Below, in pieces: positions 59,195 to 64,000 of a DNA stretch of 64,000 nt (positions are counted from its first letter, which is position 1; each line of letters opens with the position of its first letter). Below the pieces are notes generated by a model, which had not been told where the DNA came from, did not search any database, and worked only from the letters and a program-made list of their open reading frames with translations. Made by a program: the position numbers and the translations under genes. The DNA comes from Planctomycetota bacterium (lineage in GTDB: Bacteria; Planctomycetota; SZUA-567; H5-PLA8): assembly GCA_038227875.1 (NCBI GenBank), contig JBBRPR010000002.1, positions 64,001 to 128,000 of the forward strand, in the 5' to 3' direction.

Positions 59195-60048
59195 GCAGTA
59201 TCGAGAAAGCGCAGCCCCCCGCGACGCAGGCGTCGCCAGCCCACACGCGTGTGGCCTCGGACGCTCCCTTCTATACCGGGATGATCCTGATCGGCGGATT
59301 CTACATCTTCATGATCGTGGCGATGCTGGTCGCGGATCTGAAGTACACCAGCATCCCGCACATCTTCGACGCGCTGAAGAGTCCCGAGATCGCCTACTCG
59401 ATCAAGCTCAGCCTGGTCTCCTGTACGTTCACCACGCTGCTATCGGTCTGGGTCGCGGTGCCGCTGGGCTATCTGCTCTCGCGCCACAAATTTCCGTTCA
59501 GCAGCCTGGTCGATGCGCTGCTGGATATTCCGATCGTGCTGCCGCCGCTGGTGGTCGGCTTGAGTTTGCTGATTCTCTTTCAGACGCCGGCCTTCCGGAA
59601 GCTTGAAGAGTTCATCCCCATCACCTTCGCGGTGCCCAGCGTGATCCTGGCGCAGTTCATGGTCGCCGCGGCGTTCGCGGTGCGGACGATGCGCGTGACC
59701 TTCGACCAGATCGCCGTCCGCCAGGAACAGGTCGCGATGACACTGGGTTGCACGCGCAGCCAGGCCTTCTTCCACGTCGTCCTGCCGCAGGCGCGCAAGG
59801 GCATCATCACCGCCGCCACGCTGGCGTGGGCGCGCGCGCTGGGTGAGTTCGGACCGATCCTGATTTTCTCCGGCGCGACGCGTGGCCGCACGGAAGTGCT
59901 CTCGACGACTGTTTACCTGGAATTCAGCGTCGGCAACATCGACGCCGCCGTCGCCGTCTCGCTCCTGATGATCGCCACCTCCGTCGCCGTACTGATCGCG
60001 ATGCGCAGCTTCGGCCTGACCGGATTCTGGAAGGCGGCGTCGGCATGA
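59191..60048 (+). CDS. modB: Molybdate-type ABC transporter permease
   Basis: VPLGYLLSR, LLDIPIVLPPLVVG and AWARALGEFG motifs. Confidence 0.88.
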   Translation: MSSIEKAQPPATQASPAHTRVASDAPFYTGMILIGGFYIFMIVAMLVADLKYTSIPHIFDALKSPEIAYSIKLSLVSCTFTTLLSVWVAVPLGYLLSRHKFPFSSLVDALLDIPIVLPPLVVGLSLLILFQTPAFRKLEEFIPITFAVPSVILAQFMVAAAFAVRTMRVTFDQIAVRQEQVAMTLGCTRSQAFFHVVLPQARKGIITAATLAWARALGEFGPILIFSGATRGRTEVLSTTVYLEFSVGNIDAAVAVSLLMIATSVAVLIAMRSFGLTGFWKAASA

Positions 60049-60680
60049 TCCAGGTCAAAGATCTGACCATCCGCAATGGCGCCTTCAGCATCGAGAAGGT
60101 GAACTTCACCATCGAAACCGGCGCCTACGCGGTGCTGATGGGATCGACGGGCAGCGGTAAAACGTCGATCCTCGAAGTCCTCTGCGGGATCAAGAAGATG
60201 GATTCCGGCAGCGTCTCGATCATGAACCGCGATGTTTCCAAATTGAAACCGGCGGAGCGCAATATCGGGCTGGTGCCTCAGGACGGCGCGCTCTTTTCGA
60301 CCATGACCGTGCGCGAGCAGTTGTCGTTTCCGCTGACGATCCGCAGTTGGAAATCCGCCGCGATCAACAAGCGCATCGATGAGCTCGCGCCGCTGCTGCG
60401 CATCACCCATTTGCTCGGCCGCCTGCCGCAGGGCCTGAGCGGCGGCGAAGCGCAACGCGTGGCGCTGGGCCGTGCGCTCTCGTTTTATCCGGAAGTGCTC
60501 TGCCTCGACGAACCGCTTAGCGCCACCGACGAAGAGATGCGCGTCGAGATGTACGAACTGCTGCGCACCGTCCAGAAATCGACCGGCGTGACGACGCTGC
60601 ATGTGACCCACAGCCAGGCCGAAGCCAAGGCGCTGGGCGACCGCTGTTTCACCATTCGCAATGGCAAACTCGGAGAGTAG
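60045..60680 (+). CDS. modC: ABC transporter ATP-binding protein, short, no TOBE domain
   Basis: GSTGSGKT, LSGGEAQR, CLDEPLS and HVTH motifs. Confidence 0.85.
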   Translation: MIQVKDLTIRNGAFSIEKVNFTIETGAYAVLMGSTGSGKTSILEVLCGIKKMDSGSVSIMNRDVSKLKPAERNIGLVPQDGALFSTMTVREQLSFPLTIRSWKSAAINKRIDELAPLLRITHLLGRLPQGLSGGEAQRVALGRALSFYPEVLCLDEPLSATDEEMRVEMYELLRTVQKSTGVTTLHVTHSQAEAKALGDRCFTIRNGKLGE

Positions 60681-60685
60681 CGGCG

Positions 60686-60988
60686 ATGGATTCCGATTTG
60701 AAAACAAGCGGCAGTGTGGCGATCAGTTACTTTGGCACGTTGCGGAAAGTCTCCGGCGTCGGCCGCGAGACGGTAACGCTCAACGGCGCCAACCGCATTT
60801 CCGATGTCGTCCGCCGCCTGGCTGAACTGCATGGCGAACCCCTGAAGAGCGCGCTGTTGGACGCCAACGGTTTGATCCGCGAATACCTGCTGATCAGTGT
60901 CGGCGACGAGGAAATCGACAAAACCGGGTCAACGCAGGTTGCGGGTGGCGATGAGATCAGTATCTTCTCTCCCATCTCCGGCGGATAA
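60686..60988 (+). CDS. MoaD/ThiS family ubiquitin-like sulfur carrier
   Basis: YFGTLR; GDEISIFSPISGG C-terminal diglycine. Confidence 0.9.
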   Translation: MDSDLKTSGSVAISYFGTLRKVSGVGRETVTLNGANRISDVVRRLAELHGEPLKSALLDANGLIREYLLISVGDEEIDKTGSTQVAGGDEISIFSPISGG

Positions 60989-60997
60989 TTTGAAGCG

Positions 60998-61747
60998 ATG
61001 AACGAATCGAAGTTGACCGATCAGGAACGCGCAGTCTACGAGTGGCAGATGTGGTCGCCGCAATTTGGCGAACGCGGACAGGAAGCGCTGAAAGGCGCAT
61101 CGGTGCTGATCACGCGCTGCGGTGGTGTGGGCAGCGCGGTGGCCTATTATCTCGCGGCCGCCGGCATCGGGCGGCTGGTGCTCGCGCACGAAGGCAACGT
61201 CAAGCCCAGCGACCTCAACCGCCAGATCCTGATGACCGACGACTGGGTCGGCAAGCCGCGGCTGGAATCCGCCGAGCGCCGTCTGCATGATCTGAATCCC
61301 CGCGTGAAGATCGAGACGGTCGGCGAAAACGCGTCGGACGCCAACGCCCGCGACCTGGTCAGCCGCGTGGATCTGATTGTCGATTGCGCGCCGATGTTTC
61401 AGGAACGGTTCGCGCTCAACGGCGCGGCGGTGGCGCAGAAAAAGCCGCTGATCGAATGTGCCATGTTCGATTTCGAAGCGCAGATCACCACGATCATTCC
61501 CGGCGTGACGCCGTGCCTGGCCTGCCGGCATCCGTCGCAGCCCGAGGCGTGGCGGCGGCAGTTTCCCGTCTTTGGCGCGGTCGCCGGCATGGTCGGCGCG
61601 ATGGGCGCGGTGGAGGCGATCAAGCAGCTCTCCGGCGTGGGCCAGACGTTGGCGGGCGAACTGCTGATGTGCGATCTCGCCTCGATGTCGTTCCGCAAGA
61701 TCAAGCTGCGCCGCAATCCGGAATGCGCGGTTTGCGCTAACGTTTGA
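60998..61747 (+). CDS. HesA/MoeB/ThiF family E1-like adenylyltransferase
   Basis: GQEALK.ASVLI..CGGVG; SDLNRQIL; PCLAC and CAVC zinc ligands. Confidence 0.92.
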   Translation: MNESKLTDQERAVYEWQMWSPQFGERGQEALKGASVLITRCGGVGSAVAYYLAAAGIGRLVLAHEGNVKPSDLNRQILMTDDWVGKPRLESAERRLHDLNPRVKIETVGENASDANARDLVSRVDLIVDCAPMFQERFALNGAAVAQKKPLIECAMFDFEAQITTIIPGVTPCLACRHPSQPEAWRRQFPVFGAVAGMVGAMGAVEAIKQLSGVGQTLAGELLMCDLASMSFRKIKLRRNPECAVCANV

Positions 61748-64000
61748 GCGCCTGAATTAGACGTTCCGTCGCGCGCGGCGTCGGGAAGCTCGAGTAGTCG
61801 CGCGGCGCATATCCATTCCATGCGTCTTTCACGCGCTCAACGCTGAGCGAGCGGTTGCTGCAGTCGCGCAGGTCTTCGGCGAGCACGTTGGTCTTGTCTT
61901 GCAGCGACGAAACCACGTCGCTCACGTCTGCAACACTCAGCAGCCCCGGAATTGCCGCGTCGACGGGAAGATAATGGTAGCGCCGGTCGAGGATCGAGGC
62001 GAAGGATGCGACCGTGCCCCGCGCGAGCACAGCCTTGATCGGAATCGACTTCCCGTCCAGCTCGACGGGGTATTGCGCGGCCATTAGCGCCAGCCAGCCG
62101 CCGGCCGGCTCGACATATTGTCGTGGCGAAGGGCCGGTCTGGCGGAAGCCGGTTTCGTCGAAGAGCACAGGCTCGTCGCTGCTACCGTCGGGCTCGTTGA
62201 GCGCCTCGCCCCACAGCGCGAGATGTGACGCGTCGATACCATCACGCGTGGCGAGGAAGCGCAGCGCGGTGCGCACATCCTGGAGCTGGCGCACGGGCAG
62301 ACTGTCGTTCTGCATCCACAGTTCGGTCGCCAGCGACGCGGTCGCGCCTTCGGGCAATTGATTCGGATTGGCCGCGGTCTCGCCGCAGCCGCGAACATCG
62401 AGCAGTGCCACGGCGACGCCGGCATTCAGGAGCGACTGAACTTCTCCCGCGCGCGCGGCAAGGAAGCGAGCCTTGCCCGCCTGAGCAACACAGAGCACCA
62501 GCGGCGTTGGCGTCTTTGCTGCAGCGGGTTTGAGCAGCCACAGCGCCAGTCCGAGCTGTCCGTCCTCAATGGGGATCCAGATTCCGTCCACGCTAGCACC
62601 GCGCCACGGTTTTTGCGGCGTGACCACGACGGATTTAGAATCGAAAGCGCCCGGTTTGGACGTGCTGAGCAGCCGATCGATCGGCTCGCCCACCACTGAA
62701 CTATCGTGGGGACCGCGCGCTTTCGCCAGGTGGGCGCGCATCATCTCGGTAGCGATCTGCAGCGGCTCGCGCAACTTCTTGGCGGCGTCCAACTCATCAC
62801 GGTACGCGACGCCGTCGGGCGTGGTCGTGCATTCCAGTGACGGCACCGGCACGGTCTTGCGGTACTCGTCGGCGTCCTTCTCGGGGAGCTTCATGCCCCA
62901 CCATTCGTTGATGATGCGGTACATCGGCAGCCGGTGCATCGTGTTGAAATGGGTGGCGTGCGTGTTGACGCCGCCGTGCAGCATCGCGAGGTTCTTCTCC
63001 GCGCCCAGCCACGCGTACACCTTCTGGAAACGCTCGAAGGCGGACTGCAACTCGGGTTTCCAGTCGAATTCCTGCGCGACGATCAGTCGGCGCGGCGCGA
63101 TCAGCGCGTTGACCATCCACGGCGTGTACCCGCCGCTGTTCGCACCCATGTACGTGCGGCAGGGATCCCAGTAGCCGCCGAACGGGCGTGGCATCACGAA
63201 GTTGAAAGGCACGGAGAGCGAAATCCGGTCGTCAACCACCGCAGCCAGCGCGCTCAGGTCGCCGCCGCCGGCCACGCCGCCCACGATGCCCACGCGCTTG
63301 GCGTCGATGTCGCCGCGCTGCAGCAGGCAGTCGACCGCGCGCGAAACATCCCATGCCGTCCAGCCGGCCAGTTCGGTTCCAGCCAGCAGCAGTTGCGTGC
63401 CGATTTCGTTGCGCTGATACGATTGATGTTCCCACGCCGCGATGGTCGAGCGTTCGCCGGTACCGAGGGATTCAATGGCCAGCACCACGCCGCCGGCCCG
63501 CGCGAAGTTCGCGCCGAGGACTTGAAGATCCGAATTGTTGCGCGGCGTGTGGTGCGCGGGAATGATGATCAGCGCCGGGCGCTGCGCTCCGTCCTTCGCA
63601 GCTTCGAGCGGCAGATAAAGTGTCGCGGGCACCAGCAGGCCGGGGCGGGATTGGAAGAGGATGCCCTGGATCTGGAAACCGTCGGCCGTCTTGGTGAAGA
63701 CCGTCCGCGCGTCCAGCGGCGTGCGTTCGGGAAGTTTGCCGCCGGATTCCGGGAACATCGCGCGCATCAAGTCGGCACGGATCTTCGCGGCGAAGGCCGT
63801 CCACGCATCGGCGTTGTCGATCTTCGCAAACGTCTCTTCATACTGCTGATTGAATTTAGTCTTCCGCGCGGTGATCCACGACTCCAGCATCTTCGTGGAC
63901 TTGAGTTCCTTCCGCCGCTCGGCGCTCAACACCGCTGCGGGCAACTCGGGCCGTTCGAGCACCGGAGACGCAATCGGCTGAGCCGACGCGTCGACGATCC
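61737..64000 (-). CDS. Tandem acetylxylan-esterase-like alpha/beta hydrolase; 5' end beyond the window
   Basis: FQSRPGLLVPATLYLP; WDVSRAVD.L..R.DIDAKRVG; LIAPRR; second copy LLDVRGCGE. Confidence 0.78.
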   Translation of the reverse strand, partial: IVDASAQPIASPVLERPELPAAVLSAERRKELKSTKMLESWITARKTKFNQQYEETFAKIDNADAWTAFAAKIRADLMRAMFPESGGKLPERTPLDARTVFTKTADGFQIQGILFQSRPGLLVPATLYLPLEAAKDGAQRPALIIIPAHHTPRNNSDLQVLGANFARAGGVVLAIESLGTGERSTIAAWEHQSYQRNEIGTQLLLAGTELAGWTAWDVSRAVDCLLQRGDIDAKRVGIVGGVAGGGDLSALAAVVDDRISLSVPFNFVMPRPFGGYWDPCRTYMGANSGGYTPWMVNALIAPRRLIVAQEFDWKPELQSAFERFQKVYAWLGAEKNLAMLHGGVNTHATHFNTMHRLPMYRIINEWWGMKLPEKDADEYRKTVPVPSLECTTTPDGVAYRDELDAAKKLREPLQIATEMMRAHLAKARGPHDSSVVGEPIDRLLSTSKPGAFDSKSVVVTPQKPWRGASVDGIWIPIEDGQLGLALWLLKPAAAKTPTPLVLCVAQAGKARFLAARAGEVQSLLNAGVAVALLDVRGCGETAANPNQLPEGATASLATELWMQNDSLPVRQLQDVRTALRFLATRDGIDASHLALWGEALNEPDGSSDEPVLFDETGFRQTGPSPRQYVEPAGGWLALMAAQYPVELDGKSIPIKAVLARGTVASFASILDRRYHYLPVDAAIPGLLSVADVSDVVSSLQDKTNVLAEDLRDCSNRSLSVERVKDAWNGYAPRDYSSFPTPRATERLIQALKR

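Noticed and set aside
60686..61747. Ubiquitin-like carrier plus E1 as an antiphage (Bil/CBASS-type) system
   Set aside because: No E2, JAB deubiquitinase or cyclase is present, and the context is a metal-oxyanion transporter.

Overview
This is a GC-rich bacterial chromosome window. A PVC-superphylum (Planctomycetota-like) origin is inferred from gene content and is not proven. The housekeeping backbone includes cinA, cimA, dinB, recQ, purH, purC, purL, tyrA, mutM, a UbiA-family prenyltransferase, riboflavin synthase, glcE/glcF and a solA-like oxidase. It is interleaved with a sigma-54 two-component cluster, secreted/surface proteins, several hydrolases, an ECF sigma/anti-sigma locus and a modABC-like + MoaD/ThiS + HesA/MoeB operon. 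No rRNA, tRNA, CRISPR, transposase or integrase was seen. The most unusual features are: (1) four same-orientation, 140-180-bp palindromic elements built from 7-bp units and showing compensatory changes, plus unrelated 7- and 8-mer inverted-repeat families, one of which brackets a VOC gene; (2) a tandem ModA-like binding protein whose second domain is Cys-rich, coupled to a ubiquitin-like sulfur carrier and a HesA-type E1 enzyme and sharing an upstream motif with a Kelch gene; (3) an ECF anti-sigma with STN-like domains followed by a secreted paralog of its ectodomain; (4) a tandem pair of unknown HEAT-terminated paralogs; (5) a possible stand-alone version of the C-terminal domain of a PKD surface protein. 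All calls were made by eye, with no database searches.
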